DNA of 64,000 nucleotides from Thainema sp. (GCA_052168235.1 JBQLZK010000031.1:14853-78852), one strand, 5' to 3'; counted from the first letter of the stretch, positions 10,416 through 20,835 are shown. Notes: generated from the sequence alone by a model not told the origin. Numbers and translations are program-made.

Positions 10416-11642
10416 ATGAAAATCCTAGTGCTGAATGCTGGATCGAGCAGCCAGAAAAGCGGCTTGTACGATATTGGCGATACCCTGCCGGATACTCCGC
10501 CTGCCCCACTTTGGGAAGCCCAACTGGACTGGACGCATCAGGAAGGCAAGGTTGATCTGGAGGTCACAACCCATCACGGTGCCACCTGCCAGCAACAGCT
10601 CCAGTCAGATTCTCGCTTTGCCGATACGCAACGCATGTTGGAAAGCCTCTGGGCGGGCGATACTCAAGTGATCGAAAGCCCACAGCAGATTGATGCCGTC
10701 GGTCATCGCGTCGTCCACGGTGGCGAACAGTACGCCAGCAGCACGCTGATTACACCGGATGTCAAAGCCACAATCTCGGATCTATCGGCCTTTGCGCCGC
10801 TGCATAATCCAGTTAATCTGGACGGCATCGAAATTGCAGAACAGATTTTAGGGACAAACATTCCTCAAGTAGCGGTGTTTGACACCGCCTTTCATCGTCA
10901 AATGCCAGAAGCCGCTTCGGTTTATCCAGGCCCCTATGAGTGGGTCAAGCAGGGGATTCGTCGCTACGGTTTTCACGGCACTAGCCATCAATACTGCGCA
11001 CAGCGAGCGGCTCAGCTACTCGATAAACCACTCGCTGAGCTGAAGCTAATTGTCTGTCACCTGGGCAACGGCTGCTCTCTGTCCGCCATTCGCGATGGTC
11101 GCAGCATTGACACGACGATGGGCTTTACGCCGCTGGATGGTCTGATGATGGGTACCCGTTCCGGCTCCGTTGATCCGGGTATTTTGATCCATCTGATGCG
11201 CCAGAAAAACGATACTGCCAATGATCTAGATCGCTTGCTAAACAAGCAGTCGGGCCTAAAGGGTTTGTCCGGTGTATCCGGTGATATGCGGCAAATTCAA
11301 ACTGCGATCGCAGATGGAAACCAGCAGGCCAAACTTGCCTACGATGTGTTTATTCATCGGCTCCGCTCCTGCATTGGCTCGATGCTGATGAGCCTCAATG
11401 GACTAGACGGACTGGTATTTACCGCAGGCATCGGTGAACACTCTGCCCCAGTGCGTCAGTCCGTCTGTGACGGTATGGAGTTTCTCGGCATCCAGCTTGA
11501 TCCTCAGAAAAACGAAAACCATCCCAAAGATGCCGACATTGCCACATCCAGTTCCAAAGTCCGCGTTTTTGTCATTCACACTCAAGAAGACTGGGCCATC
11601 GCCCGCGACACCTGGCAAGTCCTCCACCCCAACCACCCCTGA
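10416..11642 (+). CDS. ackA: Acetate kinase
   Basis: ILVLNAGSSS, GHRVVHGG, APLHNP, RYGFHGTSH, HLGNG, FTAGIGE. Confidence 0.97.
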   Translation: MKILVLNAGSSSQKSGLYDIGDTLPDTPPAPLWEAQLDWTHQEGKVDLEVTTHHGATCQQQLQSDSRFADTQRMLESLWAGDTQVIESPQQIDAVGHRVVHGGEQYASSTLITPDVKATISDLSAFAPLHNPVNLDGIEIAEQILGTNIPQVAVFDTAFHRQMPEAASVYPGPYEWVKQGIRRYGFHGTSHQYCAQRAAQLLDKPLAELKLIVCHLGNGCSLSAIRDGRSIDTTMGFTPLDGLMMGTRSGSVDPGILIHLMRQKNDTANDLDRLLNKQSGLKGLSGVSGDMRQIQTAIADGNQQAKLAYDVFIHRLRSCIGSMLMSLNGLDGLVFTAGIGEHSAPVRQSVCDGMEFLGIQLDPQKNENHPKDADIATSSSKVRVFVIHTQEDWAIARDTWQVLHPNHP

Positions 11643-11654
11643 CTACTATTTACT

Positions 11655-11709
11655 ACTCACTCCATCTACCCTCCTACCCTCCTACTCCCCACCCATCTAT
11701 CCACCCCCG
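11655..11709. repeat. Short C-rich tandem repeats (CCATCTAC/CCTCCTAC-like, STRR-type)
   Basis: Degenerate ~8-nt units directly after ackA. Confidence 0.55.
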
Positions 11710-11778
11710 ACAGAAGGCAAACTCAGCCAAATTATGCTAAACCCGTAGCGTTGGCCTGTCCTAAACCAAACTCTGACT

Positions 11779-13056
11779 ATGCTTTTTCAGTTTGTATGCC
11801 GTTTCCGACTTGCCCTCTTGATCAGCTGTTTTCTCGGTCTGGTCGCTTGTAGTGGCACATCCGATGAATCCCAAAGTATGACCGACAGTACGGCGGAATC
11901 CTCCACTTCATCCTCGGTTGAATCAGACGTATCAGAACCGGAGCAGCCCACATCCGTAGCGCAAGCACCAGCCTCAGATGTCAATCTGACCAGTAGCTGC
12001 ACGCTTATCGAGTCAGGTTATGGCCCTCAGGGCAGCGTCAATATTCAAGTTGAAGAAGTCGTCAACGGGTTAGAAGTGCCTTGGGGCATCGCCTTTTTGC
12101 CTAACGGCGACATGTTGGTCACTGAGCGAGCTGGACAGGTACGACTGGTACAGAATGGGCAGCTTCAAGCCTCTCCCGTCGTCACAATTCCGGCAACGGA
12201 ACAGGGCGAGGGTGGTTTACTTGGCATTGCTCTCCATCCCAATTTTGCAGAAAATCGCTTTTTCTATCTCTACTACACCACCGACGAAGGTGGCGCATTG
12301 ACCAACCGTGTCGAGCGCTGGCAGCTGGCTGAAAACAACCAATCAGCCACCGCCGATCAAATCATCGTGTCCGATATTCCCGTTGCCACCTATCACAACG
12401 GGGGCCGTTTGCGGTTTGGCCCCGATGGCATGCTCTACATCGGTACAGGCGATGCTCGCAATCCTGACCTTGCCCAGAATCCCGACAGCTTAGCGGGCAA
12501 GATCTTACGAGTGACGCCGGATGGACAGGTACCTGCCGATAATCCATTTCCCAATAATCCGGTCTATATTCTTGGTATTCGTAACACGCAAGGGTTTGAC
12601 TGGCCCAACGAGTCGATCATGTGGGTGAGTGATCACGGGCCCAGTGGAGACTTGGGGCGACGGGCACATGACGAAATTAACGTTGCCAAAGCCGGAGATA
12701 ACCTGGGCTGGCCAGCAATCTACCGCTGCGATACTCAGGCCAACTTGCGGCGTCCCGTTCTGACCTGGGCCAATGCAACACCACCCGGAGGGGCAGCAAT
12801 TTACACAGGCAATGCCATCCCAGAATGGCAGGGTGATTTCATCGTCGGTACATTGCGATCGCAACATCTCCACCGCGTATCCCTCAGTCCCACGGGTGAG
12901 CTAGAGCAGCATGAGGTGTACCTACAAGACGAGTATGGCCGACTGCGCGAGGTGATCATGGGGCCAGATGGCGACCTCTATGTGACAACCAGCAACTGCG
13001 ATGGTCGAGGCGGCTGTCCGGCTGGTGGCGATAAAATCCTCCGCATCACTCGCTAA
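11779..13056 (+). CDS. PQQ-dependent sugar dehydrogenase (GSDH family) lipoprotein
   Basis: Lipobox LVAC; PWGIAFLP, GEGGLLGIALHPNF, HNGGRLRFGPDG, GIRNTQG. Confidence 0.92.
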   Translation: MLFQFVCRFRLALLISCFLGLVACSGTSDESQSMTDSTAESSTSSSVESDVSEPEQPTSVAQAPASDVNLTSSCTLIESGYGPQGSVNIQVEEVVNGLEVPWGIAFLPNGDMLVTERAGQVRLVQNGQLQASPVVTIPATEQGEGGLLGIALHPNFAENRFFYLYYTTDEGGALTNRVERWQLAENNQSATADQIIVSDIPVATYHNGGRLRFGPDGMLYIGTGDARNPDLAQNPDSLAGKILRVTPDGQVPADNPFPNNPVYILGIRNTQGFDWPNESIMWVSDHGPSGDLGRRAHDEINVAKAGDNLGWPAIYRCDTQANLRRPVLTWANATPPGGAAIYTGNAIPEWQGDFIVGTLRSQHLHRVSLSPTGELEQHEVYLQDEYGRLREVIMGPDGDLYVTTSNCDGRGGCPAGGDKILRITR

Positions 13057-13096
13057 TCTTAGTTCTCTCCCTCAACTCTTACTCCCCCTCTAACCT

Positions 13097-13735
13097 CTAC
13101 AATCTTCCATCACTCCTTCGCGGCGGCAACCCATTCGGAATCGTAAACTGCTCATGAGTCAAGCAATAGTCATAACCAGCCATCCGACCGACGGCCATTA
13201 GCTTCTGTGTATCCACTCGATAGCGGTCGTCCACCAAGTCATCTCGAATAAACAGGTGAATAACTTGCCCAATCACGACATTGAATTCACCAACAGGCAC
13301 AATCTGTAGAGTGCGGCACTCAAACGCTACGGGTGACTCGGCCACTCGTGGAGGGCGAACCAGTCTACTCGGCGCTGATGTCAGATCAACATAGTCGAAT
13401 TCAGATACACCGTAGGGTAACGGTTCTGAAGCTTCTGCTACCTGCTGAATGTAAGGTTCTACTGCCAGATTGATCACATATTCACCAATGCCGCCTTCTG
13501 TAACTGGACGGACATTGCGCAAGGTATCTTTTTCTGATTGATCAGGCTTTTTGCTAATACTAAACATCAATGCCAACGGCTTATGTCCTACTGCATTGAA
13601 GTAGGAAAAAGGAGCTAAATTTGTCACTCCGTCAGGCGACTGACTGGAGACAAATGCAATGGGGCGAGGTACGACACTACCAATGAGCAGTTTATATCGA
13701 GCAGAGGGTTCGAGGTCTTCTGGATTTAATTCCAT
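13097..13735 (-). CDS. Flavin reductase-like family protein (DIM6/NTAB)
   Basis: VVPRPIAFVSS, NLAPFSYFN, KDTLRN, PPRVAESPVAFEC. Confidence 0.9.
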   Translation of the reverse strand: MELNPEDLEPSARYKLLIGSVVPRPIAFVSSQSPDGVTNLAPFSYFNAVGHKPLALMFSISKKPDQSEKDTLRNVRPVTEGGIGEYVINLAVEPYIQQVAEASEPLPYGVSEFDYVDLTSAPSRLVRPPRVAESPVAFECRTLQIVPVGEFNVVIGQVIHLFIRDDLVDDRYRVDTQKLMAVGRMAGYDYCLTHEQFTIPNGLPPRRSDGRL

Positions 13736-13887
13736 AATTGAGCAGACTGTAAAGCAATAAACTATAGGATAACGGAGACTAATAGCTGGTTTTCAGCCTT
13801 ATTTGAAATCACCGTTGGCCCAGTCTATTCGGAGAGGTCAAAATTTCAGTCAAGCGCAAAAAATTACGCACATTCAATAGGAAATCA

Positions 13888-13929
13888 GTATCGGGAAATA
13901 CATTTTTAGTTTTCTCAACATCTGACAAT
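13888..13929 (+). promoter_or_regulatory. NtcA-binding site with downstream -10-like element, upstream of the CodB-like permease
   Basis: GTA-TCGGGAAA-TAC at 13888-13901; GACAAT 22 nt downstream (one mismatch to TAN3T). Confidence 0.7.
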
Positions 13930-13971
13930 GACGCCAACTGGATCGCTACATCCCGGAGGAGCACCGTTGCT

Positions 13972-15267
13972 ATGACTTCTGTTCAGAATCCACCGCCTCA
14001 AATTTCAACTCAAGCGTCTGAGGACTATCCCCTCACAGCTGTCCCAACGATGGCTCGCAAACCAATTTGGTCGCTTGCGCCACTGCTGATGGGTTTCACC
14101 CTAGTTTCCACCACCTTAATTGGTGGGGGAATTGTGGGTGCAGGTCTCACCTTTCCGCAAATTATTGGAGCCGTTTTAATTGGTAATCTCGTCCTCGGTA
14201 CCTACTGTGCAGTCTTAAGTTACATTGCAGCCAAAAGCGGTCTCAGCACTGTATTGATGGCTCGTTTTAGCTTTGGCAATGTTGGATCTCGCTGGGTCGA
14301 TTTCATTCTAGGTTTTACCCAAATTGGTTGGTACGCTGTGACCAACGCGTTTATCGCCAGTGCTCTATTAGAGCTGTTGGGATTACCCGAGGCCCTAGAG
14401 TGGGTTGGAATCGTTTTCTTTACCTACGCTTTTTGTGTAACGGCTTACATTGGCTACAAGGCAATGGACTGGCTAAGCCGTTTAGCTGTACCTGCCATGT
14501 TAATTCTGATTGGATTAAGCCTAGTGCTAGGTTTTCGCGATGCGGGTGATCTGTTTGCACTGCAACCTTCTGAACCAATCAGTTTTGTTGCAGGTGTCGC
14601 TGTTGTAATTGGCACCTTTATTTCAGGTGGTACCCAAGCCACTAACTGGAGCCGTTTTGCGGATACGACCAAAAATGCAGTCGGCAGCACGCTAATTGCC
14701 TTTTTGGGGATTAACGGTTTGTTGGTATTCACAGGTGCTTTTTGCACCTTGGTCTATGGTTCTGAAGATCTGATTCGAGCAATGGAGCAACAGGGCATTT
14801 TGCTCGGCGGTTTGATTTTGCTGATTCTGAACGTTTGGACGACACAGGACAATACAATTTATGCCTTTTCGATCGCAGGCAGTAACTTTTTCCGGACGAA
14901 CAAACGTCATGCGATGGTGCTGGGTGGAGCAACTTTTGCGTTAGCGCTGGCTCTAGGTGGCATCTATAACAACATGATTCCCTATCTAATTTTGTTGGGG
15001 ACGGTGATTCCTCCGGTGGGTGGCGTGATTATGGCTGATTTTTGGCTGCGTCACCGAGGTGAGTTTCCATCGTTGGATATGCCGTTACCTGCATTCAATT
15101 GGGCTGGAGTCATTTCCTATGTTGTGGCTGCTGTTGCGGCCTATGTTTCCTCTCAGGCTGAATTTGGAATTGCCCCACTCAACGGCATCATTATTGCCGC
15201 AGTGCTCTATGCCGTTCTGGGACGCATGATTCCACAACGAATTCACCGTTCGTCTTCACTGATGTAA
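13972..15267 (+). CDS. codB: Cytosine permease-like NCS1 transporter
   Basis: ARFSFGNVGS, TQIGWY, GTFISGGTQATNWSRF, NVWTTQDNTIY match CodB; GGAGG RBS. Confidence 0.85.
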   Translation: MTSVQNPPPQISTQASEDYPLTAVPTMARKPIWSLAPLLMGFTLVSTTLIGGGIVGAGLTFPQIIGAVLIGNLVLGTYCAVLSYIAAKSGLSTVLMARFSFGNVGSRWVDFILGFTQIGWYAVTNAFIASALLELLGLPEALEWVGIVFFTYAFCVTAYIGYKAMDWLSRLAVPAMLILIGLSLVLGFRDAGDLFALQPSEPISFVAGVAVVIGTFISGGTQATNWSRFADTTKNAVGSTLIAFLGINGLLVFTGAFCTLVYGSEDLIRAMEQQGILLGGLILLILNVWTTQDNTIYAFSIAGSNFFRTNKRHAMVLGGATFALALALGGIYNNMIPYLILLGTVIPPVGGVIMADFWLRHRGEFPSLDMPLPAFNWAGVISYVVAAVAAYVSSQAEFGIAPLNGIIIAAVLYAVLGRMIPQRIHRSSSLM

Positions 15268-15368
15268 GGGTATCCCAAACCTGAAAGAAGTGATTTTTAG
15301 GATCAGATGTGAGTAGCCTCACTGTTTAGCATTTGTGTAGACTCATATCTCACACGTTGTAAACCAAG

Positions 15369-15423
15369 AACCCCGAAGAGTATTTTGCTGCTGCAATGTG
15401 GCGGCAAAATACTTTTCGGGGTT
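15369..15423. terminator. Long hairpin between convergent genes (TTTTGCYGC...GCRGCAAAA family)
   Basis: AACCCCGAAGAGTATTTTGCTGC / GCGGCAAAATACTTTTCGGGGTT inverted repeat. Confidence 0.65.
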
Positions 15424-15473
15424 TGATGCAAGATGCGAGTAAAACTACTATGACGGTTGAGTTGTGTTCAGCT

Positions 15474-16127
15474 TTACTGCTGAGTTTCACCATTAGCAGG
15501 TAGCGCTTCATCTCCTACTGGAGCCGTTCCGGCTGGAGCGGTACCAGCATCTGCGCCTGAATTCTCAGTGGGTGCGGGTGCGGGGTTTTCTGCTCCGCCA
15601 GTTGCGTCTGGAACCTGCACGTCAACATCTGGAACGCTGATTTCAGGAAGCTGCACATCGGGCGGATTATCGGGCAGCTCAATATTAATGTCTGGAGTTT
15701 CCGCTTCAGGCTGCTCTGGCACTTCAATCGGAGTCTGCAGAGCCGGTTGCTCTTCCGTCTCGCTGCGACCAGCGTAATAGAAAATACCAAATCCTAAAGC
15801 GGCAATACCAATAATGAGAACGCCGAGCAGGAAGTTCCGTCCGGTGTCAGCTTGATGACGGCTAACGATGCGATCGCGCTCAACAGCATGGCGATCACGC
15901 AAAGCTGCGTTTTCTCGTGCTAGATGCTTGTTGTGTAAGGATTCTCGTTTGTAGGCATCACGATAGCTGGGGTCAGTGTGGCTAAGATTGTCGTGGTAGT
16001 TGGGCGAATCGGTTACGTTACCCCGCTCGCCATATGCTTCGCCTTCATATCGACGATTGGGGTTGCGATCGCGATAGGGATCAGTTGGATGACGATCAGT
16101 TGGGTGTGATTTGTTATCTGATTTCAT
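15474..16127 (-). CDS. Hypothetical single-pass membrane protein with Pro/Asp-rich tail
   Basis: AGGAGG RBS; charged N-terminus, one TM (FLLGVLIIGIAALGFGIFYY), low-complexity C-terminus. Confidence 0.8.
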   Translation of the reverse strand: MKSDNKSHPTDRHPTDPYRDRNPNRRYEGEAYGERGNVTDSPNYHDNLSHTDPSYRDAYKRESLHNKHLARENAALRDRHAVERDRIVSRHQADTGRNFLLGVLIIGIAALGFGIFYYAGRSETEEQPALQTPIEVPEQPEAETPDINIELPDNPPDVQLPEISVPDVDVQVPDATGGAENPAPAPTENSGADAGTAPAGTAPVGDEALPANGETQQ

Positions 16128-16455
16128 TATGAGAGCTACCTCCTAAACAGAATAATTACAACTGGGTTTTATAAGCGCTTTTCAACAAGTCCAGTGATGG
16201 ATTTGCAGCTTTTTAATGCACACTAAATCAATTAAAAAGTTTGGCTTTAATCGGTAGGTAGTCCTCTAGACTGAATTCGCTATAATCCGCTTGGCATAGA
16301 TTAATTCGCATCTACATAAAACTTGACAAGCCAATTTTGCCGCCATACGGCAGCAAAATTGGCCTTTTGGGTTCTCAACTTACAAGGTATAAAATCAGAG
16401 TAAAAAACTTGATAAGTCCAACCAAAATCGGCTAAATCCAAATTTGACTTCCGTC

Positions 16456-17583
16456 TTACTTCTGCTTCAGTCGTTGATGAATCTGGGCATAAACATCCTG
16501 AGCTGTGGCAGGTGCTAGCAGGACACCATTGCGATAGTGAGCTGTGGCAACGAGTACATTATCTGAACCCGGTAGCCACTCAATTACCGGGGCCGGATGG
16601 CCTTGGGGGCGAGGGCGCAGTCCTGACCAAGTGTTGAGAACGGTGGCATTGGCGAGGGCGGGACACATTGCGATCGCACCTTGCTTCACCTCTTCAAGCC
16701 GCTCAGCTACGGGTAAAAGTTCTAATTCCTGCTCCATCACTTCTGGAGAGGGAAATTCGACGGTTGCGCCTACCCAGTATTGATTCTGACCAATGGGAGC
16801 AATATGAATGTCATTGCCGTTGACGACGGGCTGAAAGGCTGAATGTCCCAATGTTTCCGCCATCTGTAGCGTCATGGCTTGACCTAAAACAGGAATAACG
16901 GGAACTGCAGCATCCATCGCCTGTGTGAGTAATGTCGTACCCAGTCCGCTAGCGAGGATCACCCAGTCGGTTGAGATCGCACTCAATTTCCCATCACTTT
17001 CAGTAACTTGTACTGCTTGAACCGTTGCTTCTGCTCGTTCGAATCCCGTTACCTCGGCATCAAAGCGGAACTGAACGCCGCGCTGCTGACTGGCTTTAAT
17101 CAATGCATGGGTTAGCTCAGTGGGATTCACCTGGCCATCCTGAGGTGAGTAGATACCAGCCACCACCTGATCCAGATTGAGCTGCGGTGTGCGATCTCGA
17201 AGTCGCTCCAGTGGCCAGCGCTCAATTCGCCAGCCCTGCTGATGACGGATATCCAGTAGGTGATCCCATTTTTCCAGTTCATTGGTATCGAAGCAGAGGT
17301 TCAAAATCCCGTGGCGATTGAATTGAATCGTCTCTCCGGTCTCTTCTTCCAGTTCAGGAATCAGCGTGGCGTAGCGCTGGATGCTAGCCTGCCGCAGTCG
17401 CCAGTTGCGCCCTTTCACCTTCTGACTGATGATGCCCATGAGGATGCCGAGCGCCGCTCCCGTTGAGGCTTGGGCGGGTGGCTGTCGGTCTAGAACGGTA
17501 ATTTCTAAGCTAGAATTTTGGCTCAGTTCATATGCGATCGCAGCCCCAACCACACCGCAGCCAACAATAGTCACTCGATTCAT
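16456..17583 (-). CDS. FAD-dependent oxidoreductase, DAO/glycine oxidase-like
   Basis: GCGVVG dinucleotide fold; WSGLRPRP; HYRNGVLLAPATA. Confidence 0.9.
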   Translation of the reverse strand: MNRVTIVGCGVVGAAIAYELSQNSSLEITVLDRQPPAQASTGAALGILMGIISQKVKGRNWRLRQASIQRYATLIPELEEETGETIQFNRHGILNLCFDTNELEKWDHLLDIRHQQGWRIERWPLERLRDRTPQLNLDQVVAGIYSPQDGQVNPTELTHALIKASQQRGVQFRFDAEVTGFERAEATVQAVQVTESDGKLSAISTDWVILASGLGTTLLTQAMDAAVPVIPVLGQAMTLQMAETLGHSAFQPVVNGNDIHIAPIGQNQYWVGATVEFPSPEVMEQELELLPVAERLEEVKQGAIAMCPALANATVLNTWSGLRPRPQGHPAPVIEWLPGSDNVLVATAHYRNGVLLAPATAQDVYAQIHQRLKQK

Positions 17584-17598
17584 ACAAAATCCAAAAAC

Positions 17599-17635
17599 GT
17601 GAGAGAGGTGGACGGATAATGTCCACCTCTCTCAC
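17599..17635. terminator. Intergenic stem-loop
   Basis: GTGAGAGAGGTGGAC-7 nt-GTCCACCTCTCTCAC perfect stem. Confidence 0.55.
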
Positions 17636-17647
17636 TGTATTGCAGAT

Positions 17648-18607
17648 TTAACTGGGCGGAATGCCGCTCACCTTCAGCAAATCCGTCACCGATGAGCAGT
17701 AGGGAATACCATTAAACGTGGCGGGACTGACCGGATCGCGGTGGGTGAAGTGACGATACTCCAGGCAGAACCGATCCCAGGAGGCCATTTGAATCTTGAA
17801 GACGCTAATAATCACGTCGGCTAGCCACATGGACAGCGGCAACCGCAGATAGATTCGCTTATTGAGGTAAGCGCAAATTTCTTCAACCGCCTGATTGACC
17901 GTAATCGGCGCGGTGCCCAAAACCAGCTCACGCGATTCTTCCGGTGCGGGCGGATGATCGACCAGATGCCGAACCACTGAAGCAATATCGCGGGCATGAA
18001 CAATGTGAAAACTGCCGTCAGCCTTGAGGAAACGAGCTAATCCAATCCACTTGACGACATCGGGCAGTCCCGCTGACAGGTGCGACATTGGCTTTTGCTC
18101 ATCGCCACCAAAGACTAGCGTGGGGAAGAGAGTGGTGACTTTAGGTGCGATCGCAAGGCGAGCCATTTGCTGGTGACAAAGCGCTTTAGTGCGAATATAG
18201 TCAGTTCCTAACTCTTTCGCTTCTTTGAGCGGCTGATTGTTCTGGTCGAGAATGCTCTCGGTGGAAAAATATATCACCTGCTGACACCGATTTGGATCGA
18301 GCAGGTTAAGCAGCGTCAGCGTCTTACTGACGTTAATGTCATAGGTGTCCTGTGCGCCGCCCCAAGCCGCAGCGGTCAAAATGGCGGTGTCTATGGTTTT
18401 GAGCAGATCGCCCAGGATCTCAATCTCGCGCATATCGGCTTCAATCACCGTTACGCCGGGACGCGCATCCACATCAATTTTCAGCTTGTTGCGATCGCGC
18501 ACCATCAGAAACAGCTCATGATCCGTATCTTGAATCAAAGCTTCTGAAATATAGTGGCCGATGCACCCACTGGCTCCGGTGAGAAAAATTCGCTGTTTCG
18601 CCATCAT
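17648..18607 (-). CDS. NAD-dependent epimerase/dehydratase family protein
   Basis: IFLTGASGCIG Rossmann motif, YxxxK (YIRTK); likely start at MMAKQ (18607); follows hemE. Confidence 0.9.
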   Translation of the reverse strand: MMAKQRIFLTGASGCIGHYISEALIQDTDHELFLMVRDRNKLKIDVDARPGVTVIEADMREIEILGDLLKTIDTAILTAAAWGGAQDTYDINVSKTLTLLNLLDPNRCQQVIYFSTESILDQNNQPLKEAKELGTDYIRTKALCHQQMARLAIAPKVTTLFPTLVFGGDEQKPMSHLSAGLPDVVKWIGLARFLKADGSFHIVHARDIASVVRHLVDHPPAPEESRELVLGTAPITVNQAVEEICAYLNKRIYLRLPLSMWLADVIISVFKIQMASWDRFCLEYRHFTHRDPVSPATFNGIPYCSSVTDLLKVSGIPPS

Positions 18608-18748
18608 GAATTGCACATCACGCAAAAAGAATTGAGAAGTTTCCAGTCTCACACAGAAAGACTCAACTTCTCAATTTCCAGGTTCCCACATTTATCAGTT
18701 AGTTGGCAGAAATCCAATCGACATCCCCAAAAAGAGCAGTGCGATCGC

Positions 18749-18797
18749 AACGATATGGAAAGAGGGCTGGCGACGCCAGCCCTCTTTCCATATCGTT
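18749..18797. terminator. Perfect stem-loop downstream of hemE
   Basis: AACGATATGGAAAGAGGGCTGGCG-A-CGCCAGCCCTCTTTCCATATCGTT. Confidence 0.6.
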
Positions 18798-18822
18798 ATC
18801 GATTCGCTAACTCATTTGAGAA

Positions 18823-19887
18823 TTAAACTGTTGCGGCCAATAGCTCGTCAACCTGCTTACCCGTCTCAAAGAAGTACTGCGCGTTTTCTTCGGGAGTACC
18901 GGGCAGAATGCCGTGGCCCAAATTGAGAATGTGCTTGCGGCCTCGGGCTTTGCGAACGGTATCCAAGATGCGATCGCGGATGATCTCTTTGGAACCGAAC
19001 AGCAGACCGGGGTCAACATTGCCCTGAACACCCAGCGAGAGATCGAGCCGCTGACAGGCATCGGCCATATCAACTGTCCAGTCAACGCTGATGATGTCTA
19101 CACCAGACTTAGCCATGCGCTCCAGGATGCCAGCACTGCCGCTGATGTAGAGAATCAGCGGAGTATCCGGGTGAGTTTGCTTCACCTGACGGACAATCTG
19201 CTGCTGATAGGGTAGAGCAAAGGTTTCAAAATCTTGGGGACTGAGCTGACCTGCCCAAGAGTCGAAGAGCTGAACCACCTGAGCGCCATTGTCAATCTGA
19301 TAGCGCACGTAGGTGGCAATCGAGTCCGCAATCTTGCTCAAGAGCTGATGCAGCATGGCAGGCTCAGAGAAGGCCATGCCTTTAATCACGCTGTAGTTCT
19401 TAGAGCTTTTGCCTTCAATCGCATAAGCGGCCAATGTCCAAGGAGAACCCACGAAGCCAAGAACGGTTGCTTCGTTGCCGACTTCCTGACGCAGGGTACG
19501 CAGCGCTTCACCGACAAACGGAACCGATTCCTCTGGATCAAGCGGACGCACCTGGTCAATTTGCTCTTGAGTCCGAATGGCAGGCTCGATCATTGGCCCT
19601 TTGCTTTCAATAATGTCAAAGGGAATGCCCATGCCTGGCAGTGGCGTCAGAATATCGGAGAACAGAATCACTCCGTCTGGACGAAACGCCCGCCACGGCT
19701 GTAGAGAAATTTCAACGGCTAAATCGGTATTTTCAGACCGCTCCCGGAAGGAGGGGTACTTTTCGCGCAAGTCGCGATAAACCTTCATGTAGCGTCCCGC
19801 CTGACGCATCATCCACACTGGCGGTCGGTCTACTTTTTCACCACGGGCAGCCCGTAACAAGTAAGGAGTGTCAGTTGATCCAGTCAT
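18823..19887 (-). CDS. hemE: Uroporphyrinogen decarboxylase
   Basis: [34 protein letters not shown]. Confidence 0.98.
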   Translation of the reverse strand: MTGSTDTPYLLRAARGEKVDRPPVWMMRQAGRYMKVYRDLREKYPSFRERSENTDLAVEISLQPWRAFRPDGVILFSDILTPLPGMGIPFDIIESKGPMIEPAIRTQEQIDQVRPLDPEESVPFVGEALRTLRQEVGNEATVLGFVGSPWTLAAYAIEGKSSKNYSVIKGMAFSEPAMLHQLLSKIADSIATYVRYQIDNGAQVVQLFDSWAGQLSPQDFETFALPYQQQIVRQVKQTHPDTPLILYISGSAGILERMAKSGVDIISVDWTVDMADACQRLDLSLGVQGNVDPGLLFGSKEIIRDRILDTVRKARGRKHILNLGHGILPGTPEENAQYFFETGKQVDELLAATV

Positions 19888-20131
19888 GCAAACGCCACCA
19901 ATCTTCTTAAATAAATCGCATTTTTTAAGCGCATTGGCTAGCTTATCACTGTGCGATCGCGGTTTTGATTCGGGGGCAAAAGATTAAAAACAAGGCGTTA
20001 TGAATTGTTACAAAGCTTAAGTTTATTGAAGAAGTATCGCGTTGTATGTCGGAATATTGGGCGCAAAACTCTCGTGTATTGCGATCTCATTCAATAATTA
20101 AGATCAGAATTCGCTAGCTCTCTCGCTTCCG

Positions 20132-20815
20132 ATGTTCGTCATGGTTAACGTCGCCCCACTCGTATCTCAGCCCGTTGCTCAACCTGTCGGTGAAAAGCGC
20201 CTGTTATTTCACTCGCTGACCTGGCAGCGTTACCAAACCCTGCGAGAAACTCTCTGCTGCGATCGTGGTGCTTCCCCGCTGGAGAATCGCAACATTCGTT
20301 TCACATACCTGAAAGGGAAGTTAGAAGTCACCATGCCCCTGGAAATCCATGAATTCTCAGCTCGACTCATTGAGAAGTTTATCTGGATCTTGGTGGTGGA
20401 GTTCGGTATGAAGGTGAAAACGATGGGTTCAACCACGTTAGATCGGGAGGCGTTGGAGCGCTCGGCTGAACCGGACAATGCTTACTATATCCAGAATCAA
20501 TCGCTGGTGGCGGGTCGAGATGTTGATTTAGAGCAAGACCCGCCGCCGGATTTGATTGTTGAGGTGGATATTACCCACACGGATATTGATGAGCTAGCGC
20601 TCTATGCGGCCATGCTCGTTCCAGAATTTTGGCGTTACAACGGCGAGGTTTGGCGCATTTATGTATTGCAAAATGGCGCATATCAAGAAGTTGAGGTTAG
20701 TCCAACGTTTCCCCAAGTGCCCAAGGTGAAGCTTTACGAGTTTTTGGCCACGGCGCGTCAAGATGAGCTAGAAGCAGAATTGGCTTTGCGGCAATGGGCG
20801 AGATCACTGGCATAG
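20132..20815 (+). CDS. Uma2-family (PD-(D/E)XK) endonuclease-fold protein
   Basis: LEVTMP, EPDNAYYIQN, PPPDLIVEVDIT, VPEFWRY. Confidence 0.92.
   Translation: MFVMVNVAPLVSQPVAQPVGEKRLLFHSLTWQRYQTLRETLCCDRGASPLENRNIRFTYLKGKLEVTMPLEIHEFSARLIEKFIWILVVEFGMKVKTMGSTTLDREALERSAEPDNAYYIQNQSLVAGRDVDLEQDPPPDLIVEVDITHTDIDELALYAAMLVPEFWRYNGEVWRIYVLQNGAYQEVEVSPTFPQVPKVKLYEFLATARQDELEAELALRQWARSLA
20259..20290. mobile_element. 24-bp mini-hairpin insertion in a HIP1 site (SDR5-like), in frame in the Uma2 gene
   Basis: GCGATCG-TGGTGCTTCCCCGCTGGAGAATCG-C: removing 24 nt restores GCGATCGC; internal TTCCCC/GGAGAA stem. Confidence 0.6.
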
Positions 20816-20835
20816 CCTAATCAGATGCAGTACGA

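Noticed and set aside
16456..17583. thiO assignment
   Set aside because: The DAO-family fold is clear, but there is no thiamine gene context or ThiG fusion to support it.
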